A stretch of 64,000 nt of DNA from Verrucomicrobiia bacterium (GCA_035526825.1 DATLBT010000012.1:1414-65413); one strand, 5' to 3'. Counted from the first letter of the stretch, positions 16,369-25,533 are shown. Translations and numbers: made by a program. Notes: generated from the letters alone by a model not told the origin.

Positions 16369-18262
16369 TCCCCTGCTCGTCCGGCGGCCGCGCCCAGCGA
16401 TCCAGGGCGCGATACAGGAACAACGCGTAGGCGTTGAGCTTGCTTGACACGCCAGGGAAATTGGCGCGACCCCGTTCGAATTCTTTCTGCGAGCGCGGAT
16501 CTAGGGCTTGGGCACTGCGCTCGGAACGCACATACGGTGGATTGCCCACGACCGCGTCGTAGTCGGCCTGATCGATCTCTGAGAATCGGTCCAGCGCGCT
16601 CCATTGATCGCGCTCCACGAGCGAGTTGACCTTGGCCGTGACCAGGACGTCCGGGAAGCCCTGCTTCTCGATCTCGTCCTTCATAGAGAGGATCTGCCAG
16701 AGCATCTGGATTTGGGTCAGCACCGCCGAGAAGGTGTTTAGATCGTTGCCGGCGATGCGGGAGAACGTGGCCAGCACGTCGGAGTATTCGGCCGCACCGC
16801 GTTCCACGTCGTTGCCGACCATGACGCGGTAACTCTCGATCAAAAAAGTACCCGAGCCGCAGGCCGGGTCGAGCACCCGACTATCGCGGGTGACGCCCAT
16901 GCGCTCAATCATGTAACGCGCGATCGACGGCGGCGTGTAGAACTCGCCCAGCTTCTTGCGCTGGTCGCGATCCATGAAGCGGTCGTAGATACCGGTCAGG
17001 ATGTCGCCGCGGATCGTGGTGAAGTCCGGTCGGGCGAACCGGAACAGCGTCAGCTCGATGGCACTGGAGAGCGCCTCATCCTGTGCGCCAAAGATCCAGT
17101 CCAGTTCGGTCGCCTCGAACGCGGTCGCGTACAACCGGCTGCCTTCCTTATAGGCGTGCTCGAGAAGTTCGGAGTAACTGGACTTGAAGTAGCTGCGCAT
17201 GTTCTGGAACGCAGCCACACCGCCGTTGCAGACATAGCGGGTGTCGCCGAAGAACTTGTGGTCCTCGAAAAAACGCAGCAATAGGACGCGAGCTAGGATC
17301 AGGTTCGCTGTTTCGATGGCGAACAGCTCCTTGAGCTTGGCGTCCTCCACGCCGGTTCGTGCCTGGAACTCCGGCAATCCGCTGACTGCTAGGCGCGCCA
17401 CGTGAGGCGATTTGCTGAAGGCGCGTTTGAGCTTCGCCGAGTCGCGATCGTGCTTTCGCACCGCCTCGGGACCCATGGGCGCGCCGCGCAACGACAAGGC
17501 ATGCGTGTCGAAGCCATCGTCGGTCTTGCCGAACTCAGCCCAGAATTCCTGCGCGGCCGCAGCAAAGGTCTTGATCTCCGGTTCCAGGCGATTGAAGGCG
17601 CCAAGAACGGCCGACTGCAGGTGGACGGTGGACTCGCGGATTTGCTGGAAGAAGCGCTTGCGGTTCAGGCGTACGCGGTTGACCAGACGCTTGGTCGGCG
17701 TCGGATCGGTGATCGACAGCTTCTCGATGGCGATCATCGAGGTATCGCCGGCACGGAAGCGCTCGAGCTGGACCGACACGCCCGCGCGGCTGGCCAGCAA
17801 AGCGACCGCGATTTCCTTGAGCTGGGGCTCGGTCAGCCCTGCGGTGTCGATCTCGATGTCGGCATCGGCGGTGAGCACCCCACCGCCCACCGCGCGCAGC
17901 ACCCAGAAGTCGGGCTCGACCATGACGAACCAAGCCGTATGGGCACCGACGTACTTGGCCTTCTTCTCGAAGATCGCTTCCCGCTTGGCCGGGTCGCGAA
18001 AACTGCCGTGTTCGTCCTTGGCCTCGACCACAACCCAGTCGATGCGGGCCAGCTTGCCGCTCGCGTCCTTAAACCCCGCGGGTGCACGAACCGTGACATC
18101 CGGTCGGCCCCCTTCGCCGGTGGTATCGATATCGACGTCGGCGGCCAGGTACCCCAGCACATGCACGAACACGTCGCGGATCGGCCCATACATCGACGCC
18201 TCTTTGCCAGGCGGCGTGCTCTTCAGCTTCGCAAGGGTGTCCGCAAACGAAAATTTCGCCAT
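16322..18262 (-). CDS. Type IIG (MmeI-like) restriction-modification enzyme, N-terminal endonuclease plus N6-adenine methyltransferase portion
   Basis: N-terminal PD-ExK motif (GGRPDVTVRAP ... DWVVVEAKD). Gamma-class MTase motifs: motif I RVLDPACGSGTFL and motif IV VVGNPPY. The likely start is the ATG at 18262 (MAKFSFADTL). The ORF ends prematurely at 16322. Confidence 0.8.
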   Translation of the reverse strand: MAKFSFADTLAKLKSTPPGKEASMYGPIRDVFVHVLGYLAADVDIDTTGEGGRPDVTVRAPAGFKDASGKLARIDWVVVEAKDEHGSFRDPAKREAIFEKKAKYVGAHTAWFVMVEPDFWVLRAVGGGVLTADADIEIDTAGLTEPQLKEIAVALLASRAGVSVQLERFRAGDTSMIAIEKLSITDPTPTKRLVNRVRLNRKRFFQQIRESTVHLQSAVLGAFNRLEPEIKTFAAAAQEFWAEFGKTDDGFDTHALSLRGAPMGPEAVRKHDRDSAKLKRAFSKSPHVARLAVSGLPEFQARTGVEDAKLKELFAIETANLILARVLLLRFFEDHKFFGDTRYVCNGGVAAFQNMRSYFKSSYSELLEHAYKEGSRLYATAFEATELDWIFGAQDEALSSAIELTLFRFARPDFTTIRGDILTGIYDRFMDRDQRKKLGEFYTPPSIARYMIERMGVTRDSRVLDPACGSGTFLIESYRVMVGNDVERGAAEYSDVLATFSRIAGNDLNTFSAVLTQIQMLWQILSMKDEIEKQGFPDVLVTAKVNSLVERDQWSALDRFSEIDQADYDAVVGNPPYVRSERSAQALDPRSQKEFERGRANFPGVSSKLNAYALFLYRALDRWARPPDEQGNAGKVGFILPVAVRR

Positions 18263-18474
18263 TCGTCCCGCCAGAAGTGGATGCCAGGCGCCGCGCAACC
18301 GGCGCCCTCCCCCATACGGTTTCCCGCGTTCCGTACTGAAGCCTAACCAGAATAACTGGTTACGTCGGTTTTGAGGGGACGTCCCCCAGGAATTTGAGCG
18401 GCGCATTCCAGCCAGCCCCTTGTCCTGCACCCAAGCGCCTCCGCGTCTAGCCAGCGGCCTGAGGAGAGCAGCGG

Positions 18475-18756
18475 ATGACGGTCGAATCGACCCGCATGGA
18501 CATCGAGGAGCCGGTCGAGTTTCCTATGCTCGACGCCCGCACTTATGAAGAAGCCTTGGCCGAGATGGAGGGCATCCCGCCCAATCAGTATCGCAAGGAG
18601 GCCGACGACGCGCGCAACAGCGAGTTTGCCGACGTGCTGCCGACGTGGAGCCGCTCTCCTCTTCGCACGAGGCTGGTGTTTCTTGCGATAACTACGCGGC
18701 GCCAGAACGAGGCGGCCTCCACACCGCCGTCACTCGACTTTAGCTGCCCGTCGTGA
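18475..18756 (+). CDS. Hypothetical acidic small protein
   Basis: The ATG follows GAGGAG by 8 nt. The first ~55 residues look protein-like (MTVESTRMDIEEPVEFPMLDARTYEEALAEMEGIPPNQYRKEADDARNSEF). The C-terminal part is low quality, so it may be truncated. Confidence 0.3.
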   Translation: MTVESTRMDIEEPVEFPMLDARTYEEALAEMEGIPPNQYRKEADDARNSEFADVLPTWSRSPLRTRLVFLAITTRRQNEAASTPPSLDFSCPS

Positions 18757-18813
18757 GCTCAGGCGACAGTTGTGCCATCGTCTCGCCCTGCAGGTGACAG
18801 GATCGCCACCCCA

Positions 18814-19314
18814 TCAGCGGGGAGGATCGAAGACGCGTAGCGTCACGGCCATCGGTGTTCGACGGGTCAGCCAACGCTTCGGCCCCAACGTGAACCCCGC
18901 GAGCGTCCAGGATTCCGGCGAACCGGCGGCAACGAGCATCAACGGGTTCTCGCATCGCGCAGACCTCGCGCGTGCGATGGCACGCAGCGTACGCACATCC
19001 AATGCGCTTAGGCCCGCGACGCCGTTGGGATGGGTATGCCAGTCGCCCAGGTAGCCGAACCGCCCTTCCGACTCGGCGTAAACGCGCGCCATCTCGGCGG
19101 CGTGGTAAGGCCCGTCCGGCGTAAACGACATCGGCGTGCTCGTCGAGGCCGCCCCCGGCCCGATCAGCACCGCGACGACGGCATCCACTCCGTTCTGGTA
19201 GCCAGTGAGGATGCCGCCGACTTCATCGGGATAGACTCGCGATGCATGCGCCAACAGGTCATCGCGCAGCGGACCGGCCAACCACAGGCGCTCAATGATT
19301 GGGGCACGCGGCAT
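18814..19314 (-). CDS. JAB/MPN (JAMM) metallopeptidase, Cap3-like
   Basis: JAMM motif: Glu in YPDEVGGILTG, then GDWHTHPNGVAGLSALD (H-x-H-x7-S-x2-D). Overlaps the 3' end of the E2-E1 gene by 23 nt. Confidence 0.8.
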   Translation of the reverse strand: MPRAPIIERLWLAGPLRDDLLAHASRVYPDEVGGILTGYQNGVDAVVAVLIGPGAASTSTPMSFTPDGPYHAAEMARVYAESEGRFGYLGDWHTHPNGVAGLSALDVRTLRAIARARSARCENPLMLVAAGSPESWTLAGFTLGPKRWLTRRTPMAVTLRVFDPPR

Positions 19315-21019
19315 GGGGCGCCAAGGTATGCGGGGTCCACACCGGGAGCTGCGGTCTCCCGTGGTCGTCGCGCAGGCGCAACGTCGCCAGATTCCATCGG
19401 TGCGCGCGCTGCGCGTGGGCGCCCACGCGGTGGAGCACGGCGTCCAGCGTGGCTCGCGCGCCCATCAGTGACACCTCCATCAAATCCGCCTGCGCGCCGA
19501 CGAAGGTGGGGTCCATGCAACCGGCCGGTTGCACGAACTCGGCCTCGGGCGCGGCGGCCAGCGGCGGGACCGGTCCCTGGGTCTCATTGAGATAGTGCAG
19601 GTGGCACTCCCAGCAAAAGTCTTCCTGGTTCGGACCGGCGTAGCCCACCAGCCCACCCCACGCGCCGTTGGTGGCATGCGCCCAGAGGTAGGGAATTCCC
19701 CGACGCCGGGCCTGCTCTGACAAGAAGTGGGCGACGCGCACCGAAGCGCTCGTATCGAGCAGGCACGATACGTCGCGAAACATCAGATCTTGGATCTGGC
19801 GTTCCTCAGGGGTGCCTGCCATCGACGCGTCACCCAGTCGCGCATGCGCGATTCCGACCCGGCAGTAGGGAAAATGCTGACTCAAATGGGACTGCAGGAC
19901 TTGCACCTTGGAATACCCCGCCGCGCCCCGACCGAGCTCCCAGCGGATGGCGTTGCCGGCATCCAGGACATCGTGGTCAATCAGTCGCAGCCGTCCCAAG
20001 CCGGCCTGCGCCATCAGCTTCGCCGCCGGTGAGCCGACGCTGCCAGCTCCGATCTGGCACACGATGCCTTGCTGCAGTCCGCTTGCCGCGGGATCGCGTA
20101 CGAAGTAGTGCTGCTGGCTCTCCAACTCCGCCCGATTCACTCGAGTAAGGACCTTGCGCTGCGCCTCACTCGCGGCCTTCGGTTCGTGGCTCTTGCTGAC
20201 GAGGATCACGTTGCCGCCCCACCCCTGCCACGCGAGCTCGTCCTGAAATAGCAACGCAACCAAATCCACGCGAGCGCCGGTGCCGCCAGGCAGTGCCTGC
20301 CAGGACGGACGCTCCAGGCTCGGGACTTCGGCCGCTGCCAACGCGTAGTAGGCCTTGGCATCGAGCATCTCCGGCCGCGTCCCAAGCCGGATCCAGCGCC
20401 CCGTGACGATCGGCAAGCCGCGTTCCTCGAACGTCGGCCCCGCAGTCGCATCCGCCGACGCAATCACCTGGCCATGGCTATCGAGCACCTGAAAAACGGT
20501 GCCGCGAAGCGGCCTCACCGACTCCAGGACGGCGCGAAATGTCCCGGTCGGTGTCAGTGCGGCAAAAGCGTAGGCCGGAAAGCCGACGAACGACCCCGGG
20601 TCAAAGGTGATGTATCCCGTAATGGGGACGCCTTCGTGCGCCTCGTGATCACCCGCGATCGCTTCGTTACCCGGCTGGCTGGCGAAGACGTGAGGCAACT
20701 GGGACAGCAACAGGCCGGCCAGCGTGTCGGTGCCCGGCTGCCACTCGTCTCCGCCGCGGCGCAACAGGCACAGCATCTTTGAACCGGGCGTCTGGTGGCG
20801 AACCAGAGCGAGATCCGGGGCGGCCACCGCGGGCGGAAACGAGGGATAGTCCGACGGAAAATGCGCGATCAGTCGGTGTCGCTGACCGTCCAGTTCCAGC
20901 TCCAACTTCAAGCGCATGAGGTCCGCCACCGGCTCGCGCTCGTAGCGGATCCTTGCTTGTTCCAGGGCTTGCTGTTCGCTAGCCCATCGGCCGGGGTCGC
21001 GCTCCCACCACCCGGCCAT
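19292..21019 (-). CDS. E2 (UBC-like) - E1 (ThiF/MoeB adenylation) fusion protein, Cap2-like
   Basis: The E2 segment (HFPSDYPSFPPAV ... GSKMLCLLRRGGDEWQPGTDTLAGLL) parallels eukaryotic FPxDYPFxPPKV ... ICLDIL..W.P, including the catalytic Cys. The E1 Rossmann motif is IGAGSVGSPAAKLMAQAGLGRLRLIDHDVLDAGNAIR. A Cys cluster FCWECH is present. Confidence 0.8.
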   Translation of the reverse strand: MAGWWERDPGRWASEQQALEQARIRYEREPVADLMRLKLELELDGQRHRLIAHFPSDYPSFPPAVAAPDLALVRHQTPGSKMLCLLRRGGDEWQPGTDTLAGLLLSQLPHVFASQPGNEAIAGDHEAHEGVPITGYITFDPGSFVGFPAYAFAALTPTGTFRAVLESVRPLRGTVFQVLDSHGQVIASADATAGPTFEERGLPIVTGRWIRLGTRPEMLDAKAYYALAAAEVPSLERPSWQALPGGTGARVDLVALLFQDELAWQGWGGNVILVSKSHEPKAASEAQRKVLTRVNRAELESQQHYFVRDPAASGLQQGIVCQIGAGSVGSPAAKLMAQAGLGRLRLIDHDVLDAGNAIRWELGRGAAGYSKVQVLQSHLSQHFPYCRVGIAHARLGDASMAGTPEERQIQDLMFRDVSCLLDTSASVRVAHFLSEQARRRGIPYLWAHATNGAWGGLVGYAGPNQEDFCWECHLHYLNETQGPVPPLAAAPEAEFVQPAGCMDPTFVGAQADLMEVSLMGARATLDAVLHRVGAHAQRAHRWNLATLRLRDDHGRPQLPVWTPHTLAPHAACPNH

Positions 21020-21025
21020 GCCCGG

Positions 21026-21154
21026 TCAGCCGACCGGACGGTGGCCGGGCGGCACCGGGGGATTGTGGGGCGGACGGTTGTCCGGAGGGCCCGGCGGTAC
21101 GTTGGGGTGCTCCGGGTGCGGCGGGTGGTCGGGGTGTTCGGGACGCTGGGGCAT
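21026..21154 (-). CDS. 42-aa Pro/His-rich micro-ORF ending in Gly, translationally adjacent to the E2-E1 gene
   Basis: Sequence is MPQRPEHPDHPPHPEHPNVPPGPPDNRPPHNPPVPPGHRPVG. AGGAG lies 8 nt upstream of the ATG (AGGAGTGACAGCTATG). The TGA stop is 6 nt before the E2-E1 ATG. Nearly all third codon positions are G/C, as in neighbouring genes. It could still be a non-coding leader. Confidence 0.4.
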   Translation of the reverse strand: MPQRPEHPDHPPHPEHPNVPPGPPDNRPPHNPPVPPGHRPVG

Positions 21155-21275
21155 AGCTGTCACTCCTACTCGGTTGAATCTGTGGGGAGTCCGAGATGTT
21201 GGGTGGGTTCGTTGCACGCCACACAACATGTTCGGGCGAGGCCAAATTAGCACTCGATGGTGCCTTCTGCCAAGT

Positions 21276-21320
21276 AGATTCTAACATGAACACGGATATA
21301 GAAACTTGCCTTTAGAATTC
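21276..21320. promoter_or_regulatory. AT-rich divergent promoter region with an inverted repeat (candidate WYL-regulator operator)
   Basis: ATTCTAA (21278-21284) and TTAGAAT (21312-21318) form a perfect 7-bp inverted repeat within the ~200-bp AT-rich gap between the micro-ORF/E2-E1 operon and the WYL gene. Confidence 0.35.
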
Positions 21321-21357
21321 ATTCATACTTACTTTCTTACCTCGCCGCGAAACCGCT

Positions 21358-22251
21358 ATGGCCGAGCACCGCCCTGCCCCTCCGCGCTGGGGCCAGCTCC
21401 AGCGCTACGTCTTCCTCGAGCACCGCCTGTTCTGGGAGGGATGGATCAGCCGAGCCGACCTGATGGACCGTTTCGCGATCTCGGCGCCACAAGCCTCGGA
21501 AGACATCGCCAACTACCTGGAGAAATTTCCAGACAGCCTCGAGTACGACCGGAGTCGAAAGGCCTACAGCCCGACGTCGGCGTTCTCGCCCCGCTACTTC
21601 AAGCCCAATGCGCGCCAGTACTTGACCCAGCTGCTCCTGGTGGCCGACGAAGCGATCGCATCCGAGGATTCCTGGCTCGGGTTGATTCCGATGCACCAGG
21701 CCATGCCGCGCCTACGTCGACGCCTCGACGTGGACACACTGCGTCCGGTCATCACGGCGATGCATCAACGGCGCGCGGTAGAAGTCGTTTACCAGTCGAT
21801 GTCGACTCCGGACCCAACACGGCGCTGGATCGCCCCACACGCGCTGATTTACGACGGCGCGCGCTGGCACGCGCGATCCTGGTGTTTCAATCGTTCGTCG
21901 TTTGTCGACTTTGTGCTCGCGCGATTCATTGCGGTCGGCGAAACGCGCCATGCCGGCATTGACCCCACGCTGGATCGCGAATGGCAGGAGTCCTTCACCG
22001 TCGAACTCGCCCCCAATCCCTCTTTGACCGGGCCGCAGCGGCAGGTCGTGGAGATGGATTACGGCATGGAAGACGGCATCCTCCGCGTGCCCATGCGCCT
22101 GTGCATGACCTATTACTTTGAGCGCCATTTCGGACTCGATCTGCCCAGCGACCTTCTTCCGGCCTCCCGCTGCCAAGTGGTCATGCAGAATCGATCCGAG
22201 CTGGAACAGGTCCGCGCGATCATTGGCGCGAGAACCGAACTGAGCCCATGA
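21358..22251 (+). CDS. WYL-domain transcriptional regulator (CapW/BrxR-like)
   Basis: N-terminal wHTH (ISRADLMDRFAISAPQASEDIANYLEKFP). WYL-type segment (RRWIAPHALIYDGARWHARSWCFNRSSFVDFVLARFIAV). Divergent from the E2-E1/JAB operon. Confidence 0.75.
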   Translation: MAEHRPAPPRWGQLQRYVFLEHRLFWEGWISRADLMDRFAISAPQASEDIANYLEKFPDSLEYDRSRKAYSPTSAFSPRYFKPNARQYLTQLLLVADEAIASEDSWLGLIPMHQAMPRLRRRLDVDTLRPVITAMHQRRAVEVVYQSMSTPDPTRRWIAPHALIYDGARWHARSWCFNRSSFVDFVLARFIAVGETRHAGIDPTLDREWQESFTVELAPNPSLTGPQRQVVEMDYGMEDGILRVPMRLCMTYYFERHFGLDLPSDLLPASRCQVVMQNRSELEQVRAIIGARTELSP

Positions 22252-22379
22252 GACTGGCGAGCGCGAGCCGGCGTCCGCTAGGCACGATTGGGCGATATGT
22301 GTCGGCAAGTCGCCGCCGCAGCGCCTAAGCGAAAACTGCGCCCTTTCTGGCGCTGTGTTTCTGGGTATCGTCCACGTTC

Positions 22380-22841
22380 TCAGTGGCAGCTGTCGCGCTC
22401 CACGCCACCGAGATCGTCGAGAATCGGGCAGTCCGGTCGCTGGTCGCCGTGGCAATGTTTGGCCAGGTTCTCGAGCGTGCGTTGCATCGCCTGCAGTTCG
22501 CGCACCTTCTGCGCCAGCTCGTCGGCATGTGCCTTGGCGAGCTTCTTGACCTGGGCGCTGGCGCGCCCCGGGTTGTTCCACAGGCCGAGCAGCGCCTCGA
22601 TCTGCTTCATCGAGAACCCGAGGTTGCGCGATCGCTTGATGAAGCGAAGCCGGTGGATGTCGGCATCGTTGTAGAGCCGGTAGTTGGCGAACGTGCGACT
22701 GGCAGCGGGGATCAGGCCGATGCCTTCGTAGTGCCGGATCATCTTCGACGACACGCCGGTGAGCTCGGAGGCCTCGCCGATGTTGTGGAAGCCCTGCTCG
22801 CGGGCTTCGTACATCTCGGGGCGGATGACATGACGAGCCAT
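22380..22841 (-). CDS. cueR: MerR-family Cu(I)-responsive regulator CueR
   Basis: MerR HTH (FHNIGEASELTGVSSKMIRHYEGIGLIP) and a C-terminal Cys-x8-Cys metal loop (CHGDQRPDCP). Immediately downstream of copA. Confidence 0.85.
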   Translation of the reverse strand: MARHVIRPEMYEAREQGFHNIGEASELTGVSSKMIRHYEGIGLIPAASRTFANYRLYNDADIHRLRFIKRSRNLGFSMKQIEALLGLWNNPGRASAQVKKLAKAHADELAQKVRELQAMQRTLENLAKHCHGDQRPDCPILDDLGGVERDSCH

Positions 22842-22853
22842 GGGAATCCTCCT

Positions 22854-25292
22854 TCAGGCGACCAGGTTGGGCTGCCAGCGGCGCAGCAACAGGGTATTGG
22901 CGATCACGCCCACGCTGGAAAAGGCCATTGCGGCGCCCGCGAAGACGGGGTCAAGCAGACCTGCGGCAGCCAATGGAATGCCGACCAGGTTGTAGATGAA
23001 AGCCCAGAACAGGTTCTGCCAGATCTTGCGCGTCGTGCGGCGGGAAATATCGATGGCGGCCGGCATCAGGCGCGGGTCTGAGCGCATGAGCGTCACGCCC
23101 GCGGTCTGCATCGCCACGTCGGTGCCGCTGCCCATTGCGATGCCAACGTCGGCGGCAGCCAGCGCTGGCGCGTCGTTGATGCCATCCCCGATCATCGCCA
23201 CACGACCCTCGGCGCCCAGCTGGCGCACGACGTCGGCCTTGTCGCCGGGCAGCACATTCGCGTGGACATCGGCGGGCGCAAAGCCGAGCGTCTTCGCCAC
23301 GGAGGCCGCAGCGCCGGCGTTGTCGCCGGTCAGCATCACCGTGCGCAGGCCCATCGCCTGCAATGCGGCAACGGCCGCAACGCTTTCGGGACGGGGCTGA
23401 TCACCGAAGGCAAGGATGCCGAGCGCAACGATGCCCTGGCCGCGATCCTGCGCGACCCACGACACGGTGCGGCCCTGGGCCTCGTTGAGATCCGCGGCGC
23501 CCTGCAGCGGCCCGATGTCGACGCCGAGCTCGTCCATCAGGCGCCGGCTACCCAACCAGGTGGGACGACCGCCCACCTCGCCCTTCAGGCCGCGGCCCGG
23601 AAGAGCGGTGATGTCGGCGGCCGCGTCATTGCGCACGCCGGCCGTCTCGGCGGACGCGAGTACCGCACGTGCCAGCGGATGCTCGCTGCCCGCCTGCAGA
23701 GCGGCCGCGATCGCGAGCAGGCCCGTCGTGTCGTCGTCGGCCGCATCCACGTCCACGAGCGTCGGCTTGCCCACCGTCAACGTGCCGGTCTTGTCGAAGG
23801 CCACGGTGCGGACATTGCGCAGCGTCTCAAGCGCTTCGGCATCGCGGATGAGGATGCCGGCGCGTGCGGCGACACCGGTGCCGGCCATGATCGCGGTCGG
23901 CGTGGCAAGGCCCAGCGCGCACGGGCATGCGATGACGAGCACGGCCACCGCATTCAACGTCGCCTGGCTCCAATCCCCGCTCGTCAGGCCCCAGCCGATC
24001 CAGGTCAACGCAGCAATGCCGATGACGATCGGCACGAAGATGCCACTGACCTTGTCGACCAGGCGCTGGATTGGCGCCTTCTTCGCCTGCGCGTCCTCCA
24101 CCAGGCGGATGATGTGCGCCAGCGCGCTCTCGGCGCCGACCGCACGCGTGCGCAGTTGCTGGCGGCCTTCGGCATTGATGGCGCCGCCAGTGACCTTGTC
24201 GCCCGGCTCCTTGGCGACGGGCAAGGATTCGCCAGTGAGCATCGACTCGTCGTGGTGACTGCGGCCGTCGACGACCTCACCATCGACCGGGACTCGCTCG
24301 CCCGGCAACACGACGACGAGATCGCCCACCTGCACGCGACCGATCGGGACTTCCTGTTCCTCGCCCTCGACGACAACCCGCGCCGTCTGCGGCCGCAGTG
24401 CCTGCAACGCGCGCAACGCGGCCGTGGTCTGACGCTTGGCGCGCGCATCGAGCCATTTGCCCAGCAGCACGAGCGCGATGACCAGCGAGGCGGCTTCGAA
24501 ATACGTTTCTGCGGCGGCTCCGGCGAACACGTGATAGACGCTGAGTCCGTAGCCGGCACTGGTGCCCAGGGCAACGAGCAGATCCATGTTGCCGGTGCGC
24601 GCCTTCAGAGCCTTCCAGGCGGCCCGGTAGAAGCGCGCGCCCAGCCAGAACTGCACTGGCGTGGCGAGTGCGAGCTGCACGAGGCCCGGCAGCATCCAGT
24701 GCTCGCCGAAGATTGCGCCGATCATCGGCAGGCCGAGCGGAATCGACAGTGCGAGCGCGATCAATGCATGGCGCAACCCCTGGCTCGCGTGGGCCGTGGC
24801 CGACGCCTCGGCCGCTGCTGAGGCGGAACCGGCGTCGTCGTCGCGATCCTGCGGTCGCGCGTCGTAGCCGGCGCTCTTGACCGCCTCGACAAGCGCCTGT
24901 GGCGTGGTCGTAGCATCCATCCGGACGCGGGCCAGACCGGTGGCGAGGTTGACGCTGGCGTCCTGCACGCCGGGCACGGCATGCAGCGCCTTTTCGACGC
25001 GGTTGACGCACGACGCGCAGGTTATGCCCTCGATCACTAGCGATGCTTCGATGGGCGCCACCGAATAGCCCGCGGCTTGCACGGCCTTCGCGACCTCCGC
25101 GGCAGGCACGTAGCCATCGGTGCGCACGTCCGCCGTTTCGGTGGCGAGATTGACGGTCGCGGCGAGTACGCCCGGCATCCTGGCGAGGGCCTTCTCGACC
25201 CGACCTACGCACGACGCGCAGGTCATGCCTTCCACACCGAAGCGGAAGCGCGTTGCGGCGTCCTGGGCTGGGATCGACAGTGTGGCGTTCAT
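22854..25292 (-). CDS. copA: Copper-translocating P1B-type ATPase CopA
   Basis: Two N-terminal HMA domains ([15 protein letters not shown]; [15 protein letters not shown]). CPC in the transmembrane region, DKTGTLT phosphorylation site, GDGINDAP. The ATG at 25292 follows GGAG. An alternative upstream ATG lies at 25304. Confidence 0.95.
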   Translation of the reverse strand: MNATLSIPAQDAATRFRFGVEGMTCASCVGRVEKALARMPGVLAATVNLATETADVRTDGYVPAAEVAKAVQAAGYSVAPIEASLVIEGITCASCVNRVEKALHAVPGVQDASVNLATGLARVRMDATTTPQALVEAVKSAGYDARPQDRDDDAGSASAAAEASATAHASQGLRHALIALALSIPLGLPMIGAIFGEHWMLPGLVQLALATPVQFWLGARFYRAAWKALKARTGNMDLLVALGTSAGYGLSVYHVFAGAAAETYFEAASLVIALVLLGKWLDARAKRQTTAALRALQALRPQTARVVVEGEEQEVPIGRVQVGDLVVVLPGERVPVDGEVVDGRSHHDESMLTGESLPVAKEPGDKVTGGAINAEGRQQLRTRAVGAESALAHIIRLVEDAQAKKAPIQRLVDKVSGIFVPIVIGIAALTWIGWGLTSGDWSQATLNAVAVLVIACPCALGLATPTAIMAGTGVAARAGILIRDAEALETLRNVRTVAFDKTGTLTVGKPTLVDVDAADDDTTGLLAIAAALQAGSEHPLARAVLASAETAGVRNDAAADITALPGRGLKGEVGGRPTWLGSRRLMDELGVDIGPLQGAADLNEAQGRTVSWVAQDRGQGIVALGILAFGDQPRPESVAAVAALQAMGLRTVMLTGDNAGAAASVAKTLGFAPADVHANVLPGDKADVVRQLGAEGRVAMIGDGINDAPALAAADVGIAMGSGTDVAMQTAGVTLMRSDPRLMPAAIDISRRTTRKIWQNLFWAFIYNLVGIPLAAAGLLDPVFAGAAMAFSSVGVIANTLLLRRWQPNLVA

Positions 25293-25319
25293 GGCGGACT
25301 CCAAATGGGATTACCCAGG

Positions 25320-25350
25320 AGCTTCGGGCTTCCCACCATGGGAAGGTCAA
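25320..25350 (-). promoter_or_regulatory. MerR/CueR-type promoter of copA (19-bp spacer with dyad operator)
   Basis: The minus strand reads TTGACC-TTCCCATGGTGGGAAGCCC-GAAGCT. The dyad CTTCCCA/TGGGAAG lies in the 19-nt spacer. The architecture mirrors E. coli PcopA (TTGACCTTCCCCTTGCTGGAAGGTTTAACCT). Confidence 0.65.
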
Positions 25351-25363
25351 CGTGAAGCGGACG

Positions 25364-25474
25364 CTAGCGTTCGGCGCGGCGCAGCGCCAGCAGGAACAGG
25401 CCTACGACGAGCAATGCCAGCGGTCGGTCGAGCCGGTCGAGGGCGGATTGGAACCGGTGGGTGACAGTGGCCAT
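25364..25474 (-). CDS. Possible 36-aa hydrophobic micro-protein between the two copA-proximal CueR-type promoters
   Basis: MATVTHRFQSALDRLDRPLALLVVGLFLLALRRAER. It sits about 30 nt downstream of the second CueR-type promoter. No clear RBS, so this is speculative. Confidence 0.2.
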   Translation of the reverse strand: MATVTHRFQSALDRLDRPLALLVVGLFLLALRRAER

Positions 25475-25502
25475 GGTGGCGTTCTCGGGTCGGGGGAGCG
25501 CC

Positions 25503-25533
25503 AGCCTCACGACTCCCACCGTGGGAAAGTCCA
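25503..25533 (-). promoter_or_regulatory. Second MerR/CueR-type promoter-like element
   Basis: The minus strand reads TGGACT-TTCCCACGGTGGGAGTCGT-GAGGCT. It has the same 19-nt spacing and the dyad TCCCAC/GTGGGA. Confidence 0.5.

Noticed and set aside
20979-21293. Alternative ORFs overlapping the micro-ORF region (20979..21293 minus, 21018..21284 plus, and the 75-aa extension 21026..21253)
   Set aside because: No RBS is visible at their starts, and they are Gly-rich or Arg/Pro-rich. The 75-aa version begins in the AT-rich promoter region. Only the 42-codon version has a strong Shine-Dalgarno sequence, and even that is reported with low confidence.
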